From a candidate division FCPU426 bacterium (GTDB lineage Bacteria > Oederibacteriota > Muellerivitia > Muellerivitales > Muellerivitaceae), in the NCBI GenBank assembly GCA_963719085.1, contig CAVRAL010000005.1:128001-192000 (forward strand): a DNA stretch of 64,000 nucleotides, in the 5' to 3' direction. Positions within the stretch are counted from its first letter, which is position 1. Each line of letters opens with the position of its first letter. Positions 1 to 13,500 of the stretch are shown here, piece by piece. Both the position numbers and the translations under genes were made by a program. Below the pieces are notes generated by a model. It worked only from the letters and a program-made list of their open reading frames with translations. It was not told where the DNA came from and searched no databases.

Positions 1-1
1 T

Positions 2-3000
2 CACGGTAGGCGTAGGCGGAACCGGTGTATTCGTGATGGTCTTCGTCGCCGTCGGGGTCAGCGTGATCGTCGGCGTCTTAGTGAAGGTCGCGGTCGGTCC
101 CGGCGTGTTGGTCTTGGTCGGCGAAAGCGTAATTGTCGGCGTCTTGGTGAAGGTCGCGGTCGGTCCCGGCGTGTTGGTCTTGGTCGGCGAAAGCGTGATT
201 GTCGGCGTCTTGGTAAAGGTCGCGGTCGGCCCCGGCGTGTTGGTCTTGGTGAAGGTCGGCGAGATCGTCAACGTAAAGGTGGGTGTCACGGTACTGGTCG
301 GGGTAAAGGTGAAAGTTCCGGTCTGAGTGGGGGTCTTGGTCGGGGTGGACGTAAAAGTCAAGGTCTGCGTAGGAGACCAAGTAAAGGTGGGCGAAACGGT
401 GGCTGTCCAAGTCGACGTGAAGGTCCAGGTCGACGAAGGGGTCCAAGTGGGCGTCGACGTAGGCGTAAAGGTTCCTGTGAGGGTGGGGGTAAAGGTCGAA
501 GAGATCGTGGCCGTCCAGGTCGGCGTGGCTGTCCAAGTGGGGGTGAAAGTCCACGTAGACGACGGGGTCCAGGTATTGGTAACAGTGGGAGTGGGCGTGA
601 TCGAAGGCGTCCAAGTGAATGTCGGTGTAACCGTAAAGGTCGGTGTATTCACGATGGGGATGGTGGGCGTAACCGTCGGACGCGAACAGGAAGTGAAGCA
701 AAGCGGTTCCAAGCCCGTATTGGGATCAGCTTGGGTCGAGTTGATCCATTCGCTGGCCAGCACGCCCTTGTAATAAAGAGCGAAATGGTTGTCCGAAATG
801 TATCCCAGATCGGGCCAAACGGCGTCCGCGCAGCCGCCGGTTTGGTTATCCGGCATACGGCTGTAATCCTGGGAATCGTTTCGATTGGCGTTGTCCGCCC
901 GCATGAAGCCGATAAGCGCGTCCACCCAACCGCCGCCCGGTTGGATCACCGTGCTGTCGGTGTTGGAAACCGTGAACTGCCAATTGGCCACGCGGCCAGG
1001 CGAGTCAAAACATAGGGAAACCGGCTGGGCCAAGATGGCCACGTTCTGGACGTCGGAGGCGTTCACATCCATACCGCCGGCCTCATGCTGGCCGCCATAC
1101 CAAATATTGGTGGACCAAGCCTGGGTGGAATCATCCACCCACATCACGATCGAAAGGTCGGACAGGGTCACCGGTTGGGAATCCTGGTTTAGAACCTGGA
1201 AGCGGTATTTGGACTCGTTCGGCGCGCACTCGACCTTGCGCACCCGCAGGTCGAGTTTCGGGTTCGCGCCGCAGGCTATCCGGGTGGCCGTGGGCGTGGC
1301 CGTCACCGTGGAGCTAGGCGTCGGGGTCGGCGTCCAAGTAAAGGTTCCCGTCGGGGTGCTGGTCGGCGTAAAGCTCGGTGTATTCGTGGGCGTCCAAGTG
1401 AAGGTCGACGTGGCTGTGGCCGTCGGGGTCCAGGTTTTCGTAAACGTCGCCGTGATCGTGGGCGTCCAGCTCGGGGTCGGAGTCTTGGTCCAAGTGGGCG
1501 TCAGGGGCGGCGTCAGGGTACCCGTCGGCGTCTTCGTGGGCGAAAGCGTGTTGGTCACCGTCGGCGTCTTCGTGGGCGTGAACGTATTGGTGATGGTCGG
1601 TGTCATGGTGATGGTTTTGGTCCAAGTGGGCGTGAATGAGGGGGTGGGAGTCTTGGTTGGAGAAGGCGAATTCGTGATGGTCGGTGTGTTGGTGATCGTC
1701 GGCGTGTTGGTCGGTGTCTTGGTCATCGTAACCGTAAAGGTATTGGTGATCGTAAACGTGTTGGTCACGGTAGGGACCACGGTCAAGAGGGTCGAGACGC
1801 AGGTGGGCGCCGCGGAACCGCAGGGCGCGATGCGCACGATTTTGCTTTGGGGAGCCACCGGGGCGAAGAAAAGACCGGGCAACTGGGCGCACCAATTGCC
1901 GAAGATCGAAGTTCCCGAGGAGCTGGCTTGGTATAGCGACTGGTAGTTTAGGTTGTTGTCGAAGAAGTACACCCGGTTTGAACGGGTCGTGCTGGCTCCG
2001 CCATTGTCCACCACGTACACGTTGCCAGAAGGATCCACCCCAATGGCGGCCACTTCGTTGATGATTCCAACCGGCGCCCCTTGAATGGGGAACCCATCGG
2101 TGGCCTTGGCCGTAATCTTGCCCGAAACCAGGTCAATCCGGTTCACCACGTCCCCGTCGCCCACAAACAAGTGGCCCGACCGGTCCAGCGCAACCGAGGT
2201 AATCGTTCCCGCGTAGGAATTGGTCGTGTCGGGTCCATAAATTTCCTGGATAGGCGAGCCGCCCCAAGGCGCGTACTCGTTCACCTGGCCGGCGTAGGAG
2301 ACATAAAAATTACCGCCGCTGTCCACCGCGAAGCCCCCGGCGTCCGCCGTCACGGCGGCCGTGGCGATATAAGCGCCGGTGGTGGAATTGAATTGATCGA
2401 TTCCTGTCCCCGAGGAGTGCGTATCGGCCACATAAAGTATGCTTCCATCCGGGCTCAGAGAAAGCGCCGTCACACTGCTGATGCCGCTCCCTCCCCCGGT
2501 GGTAGGCAGGACGAAGGAAGAAATCACGTTACCGCAGGCGTTATAGGCTTTAAGGCTATTGGTGCCGAACTGGACATACATATTGCCCGAGGGCGCCTGG
2601 ACCATCTGAACCGTTCCCACCACACTGCGCGCCGGAATCACCTGGCTCCATTGCCCGTTGATTTGTAAGCAAACCGGGTTGAAAGTCGGCGTAATCGTGG
2701 GCGTGAAGGTAGGCGTCGCCGTGGGCGTGCGAGTGAACGTAGGAGTCCATGTATTGGTGATGGTCCAAGTCAGAGTCACGGTTTTCGTCGGTGTCGGGGT
2801 TTTCGTCGGTGTCGCAGTCCAGGTCGGCGTGGAAGTAATTGTGTTTTGTGGGGTTATCGTTGGTGAAGGGCTCCCGCAAACAGGAACCGTCACGTTGCAA
2901 GGAGCGATCTTGACTATACGGTTGTTCCCGCTATCCGTGGCGTAAATGATTCCCTGTCCATCGACACCCAAAGAACCGAGTTCCACATTGGCCATATCGT

Positions 3001-6000
3001 TCACTGTGAAAGTTGCCACTTGGGTTCCCGTGGCCGTGAACTTATCGATCACGTTCGGGGCGCTAACGGCATAGAGAAAATCATTGGAATCCGCGGCAAC
3101 ACTGACCCAGTTCTTATTGGTCGTCCCAAAAGTTGCCTCTGGAGCGCCCAAGGGCGTGAAGGAAATAATGCTCATGCCCACACTATAGCTTCCGCCCATA
3201 ACGTAAAGCGTTCCAGCAGGGCTGACCGCAACATCTCTTACAAACGGAAGCGAGTGAAAGGTCCCGGTCGTACCCGGTATAAATCCGGTCGTCCCATATT
3301 CGCCGAGTACGTTTAACGAAGAATCTGTTTTCCAAACAACTGCAGCAGCAGGTATGTTTTCGGCGGCATACAGATTACCTTGACCGTCCACTCCAATCTG
3401 TTGATAAGGCGTATAACTACTGTTGGACGTATCTAAATATGGACTGATCGTCGCTGGCAAGTTGTTTACAAAGTAACCATTGGAATCCAATTGATTCACT
3501 ACCCCTAATGGGGGATTTGGTTGCGGTGAAAAAACGTTGTAAAGAATTGATCCATCCCAGCTAATCCCAGCCAGTTGGGAAACGGTAACTGGCGCAAATG
3601 GCACATTTAATCCCGTAAAGCTCCCCTCAATGTTTCCACAGCTATCAAATTTTTCCACAACAATGCTAGTTCCTTGCGTAACGTTTAAGAAAACATCCCC
3701 GGCAGGATCAACCTTCATATCGGGGATATCGGTGATCCCACCCAGAGTATAAGCCTGCATATTAGTTACCGGCCACGATCCGGCAAATTGGTAACAAACA
3801 TTCGGCGTGGCTGTGATTGTCGGAGTCCCAGTGTTGGTCGGTGTTCCGGTAAATGTCGGCGTGGCCGTGTAATTATCATAAGTTTGGGCGACGCCGTTGC
3901 CTTCGTACCAATCACCCACGTTCCCCGCGGCGTCAATCGCCCGGGCGCGGAAATAATAGGTCACGCCGGAAGTCCCGGTGAAAACCGTTTGGCTGACGCC
4001 CGCGCCTGGAATTTCAGTCCAAGCGCCGTTGGAACCGGCCCGGTCTTGAAGGTCATAAGAGGCCACACCCGAATCCAAAAGGCCGCCCTGAGGGACCGGA
4101 TCCAAGAGCTGGTAGGTCACGGTAATGGCTGAGGCCAAAACCGTGCCTGGGCTGGAAAACAGGTTCTCCACTAAAGGCGCGGTGCGGTCGGCCAAGGTGG
4201 TGGTGACATTGGAGTATTCGCTTTCCACCAGGCCCGTGACGGGAACGGTGTAATGGACTAAGAGACGCACCTGGTAATTAACGCCGTCCTGCGGCGCGGG
4301 GATAACCGTGCTTCCCGAGTTGAAGGCCACATGGGTGGCTATGGTTGAATAGGCCCCTCCATTTTGGGAAACTTGCACGTCCGCAAAGAGGTTCACGCTG
4401 TCAAACCCGTCTTGGGAAGGATCGCCGGTGATGGATTGGCCGTTCAGGGTCCAGGAAACCGTGAAGCCTGCCTGGTTGGAATTGACCGGGGCCGAAAGGA
4501 TTACGGGGAATTGGATGGGATCCTTGTCGACCACGACCGTCACGGGAAGTCCGTTGTCCGGAAGGCGGTTGGCCAGGGTGCCCGGGTAGCCAGTGCCGTT
4601 GAGGGCGGTGTTGCCCAAAGCGTCGGAGGATTGGAAGCTAAGCACCACAGTCCCGGAGTTATCCTCCACGTCAAAGGGACCCGAGTAGCCGTAGGAGCGT
4701 TGGATTCCGGTCGTGAGGTCGTTCAAGGTATAGAACAAGCCCTTCAAGCCTACCGCGGCGTCACCCGAAACGGCCGGCACATCAGTGACGGCCAGGCTTG
4801 CCACCGCCCCCGGATTCACGTGATAGGCGCCCGCGTCGTCCTGATACAGCACGGGCGAGAGGGACACGGACTGGCGGGGGGCTTGGTTGTCGACCGAGAA
4901 GACCACACTATTCGGGTTCTCATAGAGGGTGGCCGGGGCCGAGGACGGCACCGGATTGGTATAGGTTGAGGAATAGGTCAGGGTATAGGTTCCCTCGCCC
5001 AAAGACGAAAGATTAAAGGAGCCTCCATACACCGTGGACGGCACCACGACCGCCGATGTAGCGGTGTTGATGATTGAATAGGTGGTCTGGTTAAAGCTAT
5101 AGACCGTGACGCCGAAAGAAGCTGTGGGCGGAGCCTGGAACTGAATAGGCGTCGAGCCCGTGACGAAAAACCCGGTCGTACCGCCCACCTGGGGCTGGCC
5201 GACTAAAAGCTGGGTCAAGCCCGCCAGCGTAGGCGGCTGGCCGGCCGTGGAAAGGGTCAGGGCCAAAGTTTTGACCGGTTCGGCGTTGCCCAAATTATCC
5301 ACCGCGAAGTACTGCACGGTATTGGAGCCGATTTGACCGCCCGTCAAAGCGCCCGCCGTCACTTGAGTGCCCAGGAAGGTCTGGGGCGCGCCGCCATCCA
5401 CCGTGACCACGATGAAGGAAACTCCGCTGCCCGAATCCTGCGAGACGAAGGAAAGCTGGGCCAGCGTATTGACCGAGGCCTGGGTGGGGCTGGTGGCAGG
5501 CGGCGTGTCATCGATCACGATGGGACAAGACTTAATGGTTTCCACGTTCCCGGTAACGTCGGTGGCCCCAAAGTAAATGGTATGGGGGCCATCGGAAAGG
5601 CCCGCCAGGATAAGCGGCATGGAATAGGTTCCAGGCGCGGTCAAGGATCCAAGTCCCGTAGTCAGGGTGCTGGGGTCATAAGAATATTGTTGGATCGACA
5701 CCGGCACAGCGGCGGTCGAAACAAGCGTCACCGGCGTGGAGTGCAGGTTGTTGGCTCCTGCCACATACGTGACTCCCCCACCTATATAGAGGGGAGTTCC
5801 CCAAACTAGGCTGGAAACCGGCGGATTGGCCTCAAATTGAGCCGGCAGGGATAATCCGCTCTCATTACCAGCTTGGTCGACGGCCGAAACCTGGTAGGTG
5901 ACCCCCGCCGATCCCGACGGCACCGGGACGGAAAGGCTGTTGCCGGAAACCATACCATCGAAGAAGGCCAACCCTTGGGTAGTGGCGGCCACAATGCGGT

Positions 6001-9000
6001 GCAGTTCCGTGCCCAAAGCTGTTCCCAAACCCGACAGGATTGAATTCGAGCCGAAGAACTGGGACAAGTCGTTGTCGTTTAAGGCCGTGTAATTAAAGTT
6101 TGAATCATAGCCATATTGGTTCACCACATTGCCCTGGGCGGTTTGCAGGTAAACCAGAAGCCGGTCGCCGGCCCAAGCGGTTCCCAATACCGGCGCGGGC
6201 TGGCTGAAATCGGTCACGTTTTGCAGGATGCCCGATCCCACCCGCAGAACTTGGAGACCTTGGAGGCTGGAGAGATAAAGCAGGTTGCCTTCGGTGGAAT
6301 CCGGCACATCCAAGAGCCCGGTGATTTCCTCAACCGCCAGATTCGGCGTCCCTAGTTCATAACCGTCGGAGCGGTAAAGGCGAGCCTGGACCCATTGGTC
6401 CTGAGCTTGGAACTGGGCCATGCCCAGGAAGCCTTGGGTTCCGCCCGCGTTTTGGAAAGCGGCAAAGAGCATGTGGTTCGTGCCGAAGGCCACCGCGGTG
6501 GCGACATTGGCGCCCGGATTACCGGAAGCTCCAAAATTCCAGGCTACGGTCGAAACCACCGGCGCGGGAATCTGGGTGAAGTCCAGCAGGTAAAGACCGG
6601 ACGAAGTTCCTACGGCCGCGACCACGCGTCCGTCTTTTTCATCAACATCAAGCGCCGTCACTCCGCCTGGGACGGCGGGATTCGTGGAGGCGTTGAAGCC
6701 GGCGATCGGCTGATAAGAAGTGGTATCAATGATGGACACCCCGCCGTTGGTGAGACCCGCGACGGCCCAGCGGCGATGGACGCGGATTTTGGCCACATCC
6801 AGACCCGGCAGGATCGACTGTTGGTTCATCACGATACCTGTTACCGGATTAAGCACCACGAGGCCGTTGGTGGTCGCCACCCAGGCCAGGCCGCCGTTCA
6901 TGGCCACGTCCCTCACCTGGGCGCCGGGCAGTAAGGAGGTTAAGAGGCCGGGCACAAAATGGGCCACGCCGTTTTCATAGAGACGGTAACCGGCCAAGGA
7001 AGCGTCGCTGACCGCGTTCCAACTCAGGTTTTCAAGGCCGCCCGCAGGAGGCACCGAGGTTAGGTTAGCCGGAACCGCCGGGGCTGTGCGGTCATCGGTT
7101 ACCTGAATCGCCTCAAACCCGCCGCCGTTGGAAACGCCCTCGCTCATGGAACCGCCTTCCACCAAACCATTGGAAGATAAGGCTGTCAGAACATATTGGT
7201 CGCCCGCGTTGACCGCCACTGAGCCGTCTTGCGCCCCCGAAAGGAGGGTGACCGGGGTCAGGGTGGAACCGGACAGTTGGCCGACGGACAAAAGCGAGTT
7301 TCCGTAGGCGCCGTAGTTGGCCGTTCCAGCCGCCGGGGCGGTAAAGGTAACGGACTTGGCCAAAGGATAAGCCAAAGTCACGCCCTGGATGTTCGGCGAG
7401 ATAAAGGGATCATAGGATCCGCCGGAAGGCGAATTCGTCATTGTCACCGCCACGTCATAGCTGGCCGCGGGGCCCGAGCCCGCGTTGATGGTCATGGGCG
7501 AGGACCCTGGAACGACCGGCAGGAAGCTTCCCGAACCCGAGGGAGCCCGGGTGCCCGGCGCCAGGAAGGTCGTCCCCGCCGGGAAATTGCCATAGAGATT
7601 CAATACTCCCGCCAGTCCGGCGGACGGCACGGACGGAAGGGTCACATTGGTAAAGGTGACCGCGCCTTGCGGCAAATAAGCTTGCGCATATTGGTTATTG
7701 TCGGCTTCCACCGAAGTCGGGGCCGAGTTGCCGGCCGCGTCAATCCAACTAAATTCGGCCACGGCGAAATCACGGGGGGTGTAATTGTAAGTCTGCCCCA
7801 CGCCCGCGGTGTGATTGACCGAGGGACCCACGCTTAAATTACTGGTGTTTTGGGTCAGATAAGCCGTGACCCTCACCATGGCCGGGGCCGAACCCGAGGA
7901 CAGCTGCAAAGACGATAAGGGAACGATGATTTCCCCTTGCGGGACCGTCGAATCGATGTCCTGCTGGGCAAAGAGGGTCACGGGCGTCTGGCTGTTATCG
8001 CCCGCGTTAGCCATGGGTTGACCGACCACCGAGTAGGTGAACACGGCGCTGGGACCATAAAAATAAGTGGTGACCGGTTGCCCCCCGAACTCCATCTCAT
8101 CCTGCGGATTGGTGTCGATGACTTGGCTGACCGATCCGGACGGCGGCGTGGTATTGCCGGTCGATTCGACATAATAATCATCATAAGGAACCGCGAGACC
8201 GGCGACGTTAAAGCTCAAAGAAGCCGCTCCCGAAGAAGGCAGGTTCAGCACCTGGCTGGCCGCCACAAACTCACCCGGGCTGTTGGGTTCGGAGACCGCT
8301 CGCGGGGCCCACCCCAAATGCAGGGCGGTATTCGGCACGGCGCCTTGCACCGAGCTGGCGATAAAGCCCGGCGGAACGTGGGCGCTGGTGGACAGGGTCC
8401 AACCCGGCACCGGATTAGAGGCCAAGTGGGGCGTACCGTCCGTGTCAATCGCGCTGAAGATCGACAGCGGCAAGCTCGCGGTGGAAGTCGAGCTGATAAA
8501 GTTAGGATTCTCAAACAAATTGGTGGCCGGCAAGGACGCCGGGGTGCCGAGGACCGCCCCGTTCTGAAGTCCGCCGGGGATATTGTTGACCACGGACACC
8601 GCGTAGGTTTCCGCCGTCAGGTCCACCCGCACCGGCGAGGCCCCTTCCGGATCCAGCCGGGTGTCCCACAAGTACTGGTCACTGCCCGAGCGGGCGGTAT
8701 TGTCCACCGACAATTGATAAACCGGATTGCTGTTGGTGGCCGCGGGGTTCACCGTCAGCGTCGCCGAAGACGCGCTGACCTGGCCAAACTGGTCTACCGC
8801 CTCCACCCAGTAATGATGGGCGACGCCGTTGGTGATATTGGAATCCACGTAGACATTGGCCGCCAAGGGCGTGGAGGTTAGTTGGGTCCCATCCCGGAAC
8901 AACAGGTAACCCTGGATATCGCTTTCGGGGTTGTTCGCCCAAGTCAAACGCACCAAGCTGCGGTCCAGGTCGAGCGACGCGAGCACCCGTTGAACCCCGT

Positions 9001-10561
9001 TCAAGAAACTTCCATCCGTGGGTTGCGTCACAATGGGCTGGGAATCCGTGGACGTTACGGACAAGCCTTGCGGCTGGGCCGGGCCCGCCTCGGTGACTTG
9101 GAAAACAGTCTGGGCCTGGTTGAACCCGTCGCCCGCCGCGTCCTGGGCTTCCATCCGGAAAATATAGTTCCCCGCGGGCAAGAGCGCGCCCGTCGAGTCG
9201 CGCCCATTCCACGGGAAGGTATAGTTTCCCGCTTGGAAGAAGGGCGAGCTGGAATTCGTCCCCAAGATATCCGAGAAGTTGCGCACCAGGGTTTGCCCAC
9301 CCGAGGCCGCGGCCAAAACCTCGCCCCGCAGGGCGTTGGCGTTTTTATAAAGGGTATAGCCCAAGGTGACGCCTTGGAAAGAAGTCAGGTGCTCGTCAAA
9401 ATTCGACGGCGTCACCGACAGGCCGCTGAGGTTCGGCGCGGTGTAGTCCAGCGTCAGCACGACCTGGGCCGGGGGGGCCGCGTTTTGCTGCGGGGTCAGG
9501 TCGGTGCCGCTCACCACCAGGGTGTAGTTCCCCGCCGGCAAAACCGATCCGTCACCCGCCCGCCCGTTCCACACAAAACTTTCCAAGCCGGATGATTGAA
9601 CCGCGCCCGCCATGGGCTCGGCCACCGAAACTCCCGCCGAATTGTAAACCGTCATGGACACCGTCATGGACACGCTCAGGTTATAAGTAATGGTCGTCGC
9701 GTCGTCATAGCCGCCGTTATTCGGGCTAAAGGGATTAGGCGAAGCGCTCACGTTTTGGATGGCCAAGGGCAGGCTTGTGTCGACGGCCAAATTGCCGTAT
9801 TGGGACGGGCTGACATTACCCGCCTGGTCGAGGGCTTCCACCTGCACGGCATAGAGCCCGGCGGGCACGGGGAAATTGTTTGAATCGATGGCCGCCCAGT
9901 TGAACGAAATCGGCGTGCCCGCGGCATCCGGAAGCACCTGATAAGACACCTGGCTGCCCGAAGTATTCAAAAGATGCAGGCGGATGAACCCGGTTTCCGA
10001 GGAGCTAGCCGTGATGGTCGCGGCGGCTCCCAGGGTGGTGCGCATCAAGGGATTGGGCGCGATAGTATCCAGGGTGACCACCGGGGGCTGGGTATCCCGG
10101 GTCACTTGGGCCGTCGCCACATGCTTATTGATATAAGGAAGAGCGTAGGTCGCGAACACGGTATAAAGGCCGTCCGCCGGAAGCGTGACCTGGAAAGTAT
10201 AAACACCCGAGCCATTCGCCGTGACCGTCGGGTAGGCCCCTTCCACGAAAGACGGATTGGTGGAGACGTAATACTCGATGGACGCGCCCGGATCGGACGT
10301 TCCCGTCAGCGTGATGGTCGTCAATTGGGTCGGCGTCACGGGCGGATTCAGGGTGATGGGATCCGTAATAGTTTTGGTCGTGTCCAAAAGCCCGAAACTG
10401 GAGAAGCTGGTCGTGGGGGCCGAGAAGCTCCAACCCACCGCCGTGGGCGTGCCGCCGCCGGCCGGGGTCACGTTCACGACCGTATGGGTGGTCAAAAGCG
10501 GCTGCATCAATCCGTTCTCAAAAACATGGATCTGGAGATTGCTGAGCGAGTCTGTCGTTGG
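2..10561 (-). CDS. Giant surface protein, C-terminal part (partial, runs off the left edge; about 3520 codons). Contains Ig-like, about three FlgD-Ig, FN3, a beta-propeller, OmpL47-type Ig repeats, two NHL-like propellers, Thr/Pro linkers and a CBM3-like domain
   Basis: Hand translation of the minus frame absent from the ORF track reads [25 protein letters not shown]...[22 protein letters not shown]...[22 protein letters not shown]...[22 protein letters not shown]...TPVPPTPTV. The nearest upstream in-frame stop is at 10649-10651. The track lists no closed ORF in this frame over 1-10.6 kb, consistent with no stop before the window edge. Confidence 0.92.
61..250 (-). repeat. About three tandem copies of a 66-bp coding repeat (22 aa, [22 protein letters not shown]) in the Thr/Pro stalk
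   Basis: Near-identical units start at 61, 127 and 193 (core aaggtcgcggtcggtcccggcgtgttggtcttggt). Confidence 0.85.
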
Positions 10562-13500
10562 AGGGGTCGATGCCCATGCTTTGCAATTCCTCGTTGCGCA
10601 CAAAATAATTGATGACCGGATCATTAGCCGAATTCGACGGATCAAAGGTCATGTGGGGCTCCACCTGCAAGACCGGCAGGATGGGATTGACCGCGGGCGG
10701 TTGGCTGAGCGGCAACAGCGAAGCCGGCATGGCGTCGACCGCCATTACGATGCCGTTGGCGCCGAAGGTCGCCGCGATTGAGGCCGGGAAAGTCACCGTC
10801 ATCCGGTGGTAAGGATCCTGCAACAGGTAAGGCGCGCCGCCCACGAAACTGCTTTGCTTCACCAACTGCCCCACCTCAATGGTTTGGAAAGCGTAACGGG
10901 ACTGGTTCTGTTGGTCCACGACCTGGAGCGTGATGGAAAAGACGCCCTGAAGCCCGGCCACGTTCCACCAAGCCAACACGCCTCCGAGTGAAACCGGCTT
11001 GAAGGCCTTATAGGCCCAATCCGGATCGGAAACGGAAGCTCCCGCCGCCGGATTCCGGTCGCTTTCAGGGACGGGGATCGGCAGGTTTAGACTGCCGTTG
11101 TAATAATAGAGGCGATAGTATTGGAAGCTTCCCGCGGTCGCGTCATCGGCCTCACCGGTGATGGAAACCATCTGGTTGGCCACGCTGTTGGACCCGATCC
11201 GCAGGTTGAACTGGTCGGCCTGGTAATTTTGATTGCCGCTGGCCGGAATGACGGCCGGTTGGCTGGGGAAAGGCGTTGCCGTGGGCGAGGCAATGGGCAC
11301 CACTTGCACGGCGTTGTTTAAACTTCCGTCCGTGTATTTAAGGGTGATCTGATAATTTTGAATGCGGATGTTGGGGTTGGGTTGGGGCACCCCCGAAGTC
11401 GTCAACAAGGTCACGCCGTTGTCATCCAGCGGCGTTTCCCAGAAGGTGTAATTATCGGCGGCCGAAGTACTGCTGACCGCCGCCTGCCGGGAACCCGGGT
11501 AGGTGAAATTGGCGTTCCCCGGTTCGTCGAGCTCGAGCACCGGATTGTTGATCTTCACGCCGGGTTCCACGCCGCCTTCATGATCGTCAAAGGTGATGTT
11601 CATCGGCGGGTTGAGCCGCAACATGCCGGTCACGGGGTCGGTGAGGATCGTGTCTTGCGCGCTGGTCCAGGTTGTGCCCGCGCTGGAAAGCGGCAGAGTC
11701 AACTGGACTTGACCGTTGGCGTTCGTGACGGGCTGGGCCCCGGCCAGCCGCGGGTCATTCCCCAACACTTTCAGGCTGTAATGGACCGACGCCAGATTCT
11801 CAGTGTCCAACAGGTCACCCACAGTCTTTTCGGTGGAGAAGCTGTATTGGGTTCCGTCATAGCGCAGTTCCCCGACCAGGGTGACCGCCCCGGTTCCTGT
11901 CTGATAATTGGCCGCCGTACCGTTGATCCCATAATAGGAACCGTCGGATTTAGTGATGCTGGTCGGCACCGAGTCCGGAACATAAATGGGCGGGTTATTC
12001 GGGTCGAACACCAGCGCGGGATTGGAACTGGACAGCGTGTTGACCGAGTTGTCCTGGGTGACGAAAGTCGTGTAGGCGGTTTGACCCGCTACCTGGGTGA
12101 AGACCTGAGTGTCAGAGGTGGGAAGGCCTGTCCCGGCCAACATGGCGTTTTGATTGGCCTGCATATTGGCCAAATCGCTGGTGGCGGTGGTGGCCTGGGC
12201 CGCGTTGAACTCCGAAACGGCCGCCGGCGAGGTCGGGTAATCCAAAACCGCCGGGTATTGGAGATTCAATCCGGCGGGCACCTGTAGTTGAGGCGCCAAA
12301 CTATCCCTTCGGGCCGTCGCCACGGTCAGCTTCATGCCGGTCTTATCCGCCGAATTGCTGATATCCAAGGCACCGGCCGCGGTTCCGTCCGTACCTAGGT
12401 TCACCGCCTCATTACCCGAAGCCGCGTTCTGGGTGACCGCGATGGCGAATTGGGAATCCAAATTCGGGATAAAGTTTTCGAGGGTACGAATTTCGGAGGA
12501 ATTGGAAAGATAAGGCTGAGCCTGTCCAGGGACGCCGTTAATAGCCCGGTCCGGGAAGCTCAAAACCGACTTATTCGCCAAATCACCCGTGAAATCTTTT
12601 TGGAGGTTGTTAAAGGACGGAAGCCCCGCGTTCAAGAGCCCCAACCAGGGTCCATAGCGGTTCACAAGCAGACTGTAATTCCAATCATCAAAAGAGAAGG
12701 CGTCCACAGCCGATACATTGACGTCAGTTATTATTTTTCCCGAATTTCCATTCCAAGTCTCGGCATTGAAATGACCATACCCTCCGGCATTCGGGGTACT
12801 ATCCAAAGGACTAGTGGAAGCATAGGAAGAGTTATTTAACCGCCCGGTCACGAAACTCGAATCCGGATGTCCCCAACCTGTCTTCCCCTGATAATAACCG
12901 GTATCGACATTGTCCCACGCGGTAGCCGAAGATTCTCCGTTCGCCAGGGGCGGTTCCAAACCTATTTTGTGATGGACATAAAAGAAAAAGGTATTGGAGC
13001 CGATGCAGGCATTGGTTCCATGATGGCTCAAGTTGCCGCTTCCCGTATTGATATCATCGACTTCCAAGCCTCCGCTATAACTAGGAGAGCTCCCCGTCGG
13101 TTCTGGGATGGTTACGAGGTTGCCATTACTGAGGGTGCCGTTACTTTGATTGTTGTACGTAAAAGAATCAGTGGAAGTCGTGTCATTGTCGCAGAACCCT
13201 AAAGTCGAATGACTGGACCAACCATACTCGATACTGTCTTTAACAACCGGTTGAACTTCAATGCCGCTGAAATGGCGCCGGACGTAGAACGAGTAAGGCA
13301 CGAAAGGATATTCCACCACGGGCAATTGTTTGCCCGTGGCCGACAGCACGATGGTGACCGGAACCGGATCAAAACGCTGACCCTGGGCCTGGATTTCGTA
13401 ATAGAAGCGCGCGTCACCACTGGCCACCGGCAGGCCGTTGGAGGCGTCGATCGCATTGCCGGTGACATCTAAATTGGCGTTCACCAAGCCCGAAGACTGC

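Noticed and set aside
61..250. Possible CRISPR array
   Set aside because: The repeats are contiguous 66-bp in-frame coding units with no unique spacers, and no cas genes are present.
33..2945. Val/Gly-rich plus-strand ORFs and His/Asp-rich minus-strand ORFs in the track
   Set aside because: They are antisense and off-frame shadows of the Thr/Pro-rich giant ORF.
10562..10624. Independent start (ATG 10624, [19 protein letters not shown]) for the downstream half
   Set aside because: No RBS or proper hydrophobic signal core, and it would cut a domain in two. Kept only as a minor alternative.
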